DNA from: Candidatus Aerophobus profundus SCGC AAA252-L23
GTDB lineage: Bacteria; Aerophobota; Aerophobia; Aerophobales; Aerophobaceae
NCBI GenBank assembly: GCA_000402295.1
Contig: AQRW01000183.1
Coordinates: 1-54,414 of the forward strand
Direction: 5' to 3'
Length of the DNA stretch: 54,414 bases
The position numbers and the translations under genes are program-made. Below are positions 54,261-54,414 of this stretch, in pieces. The notes beneath the pieces are model-generated. The model was given only the letters and a program-made list of their open reading frames with translations, made no database searches and was not told the origin of the DNA. Position 1 is the stretch's first letter. Each line of letters starts with the position of its first letter.

Positions 54261-54414
54261 TTAGTTCCTCCTCATTATTTATTAGTCTCTACTACCCTGT
54301 ACCAACACTAAGGAAAAGCAATCTTTTCTCATCTATTGGTTCACTTATTTTTCCATCTACTGCGAAATTAAAACTATGATTGATAGGACCCCAATCTTTT
54401 GGAAATAGCCTCAG

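Overview
54.4-kb bacterial window. The taxon cannot be assigned by eye, and TGA, TAA and TAG are all used as stops. All family calls come from motifs read by eye; no searches were run.

Left part (1-12.2 kb):
- an IS5/IS1182-like transposase;
- a decayed accessory patch: a membrane protein, a protein with an Rx4H HEPN motif, and a C-terminally truncated trypsin-like protease;
- housekeeping genes: cutA, a PD40 propeller protein, an ATL/MGMT-like protein, an MBL hydrolase, HU and pgi;
- a truncated ICMT-like paralog followed by about 0.7 kb of coding-free DNA, and a 5'-truncated IS1634-like transposase.

Centre: a tRNA-Lys/His/Gly cluster abuts a 22.8-kb integrated island (12744-35510). The island is bounded by a 36-nt direct repeat equal to positions 1-36 of tRNA-Gly(TCC). 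It carries int, xis and an XRE regulator, then an almost uninterrupted minus-strand array of defence-type genes:
- an HsdR_N-like protein and an AlbA_2/Schlafen-like protein;
- a translationally coupled Dam-MTase / HerA-ATPase / NurA-nuclease operon, which is the most interesting candidate system;
- an ORF with an in-frame TGA;
- a 1104-aa gamma-class N6A MTase coupled to a PLD-nuclease::SNF2-helicase fusion;
- ParA plus a small partner;
- a 0.73-kb coding-poor, GC-richer gap;
- a wHTH + HEPN(Rx4H) pair with a perfect upstream palindrome;
- an MNT/HEPN pair.

Immediately right of the island is the remnant of an older integrase copy.

Right part (35.7-54.4 kb) is ordinary chromosome:
- two ICMT-like methyltransferases and a cstA remnant;
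- a radical SAM protein and a PadR-MFS pair;
- a metallophosphatase-like protein and a DUF1573-thioredoxin-DsbD fusion;
- an MBL hydrolase and gshA/gshB;
- a Cys-pair-rich AbrB-like protein with arsM, and a nitrilase-family hydrolase;
- a sugar ABC transporter and two DapA-family lyases.
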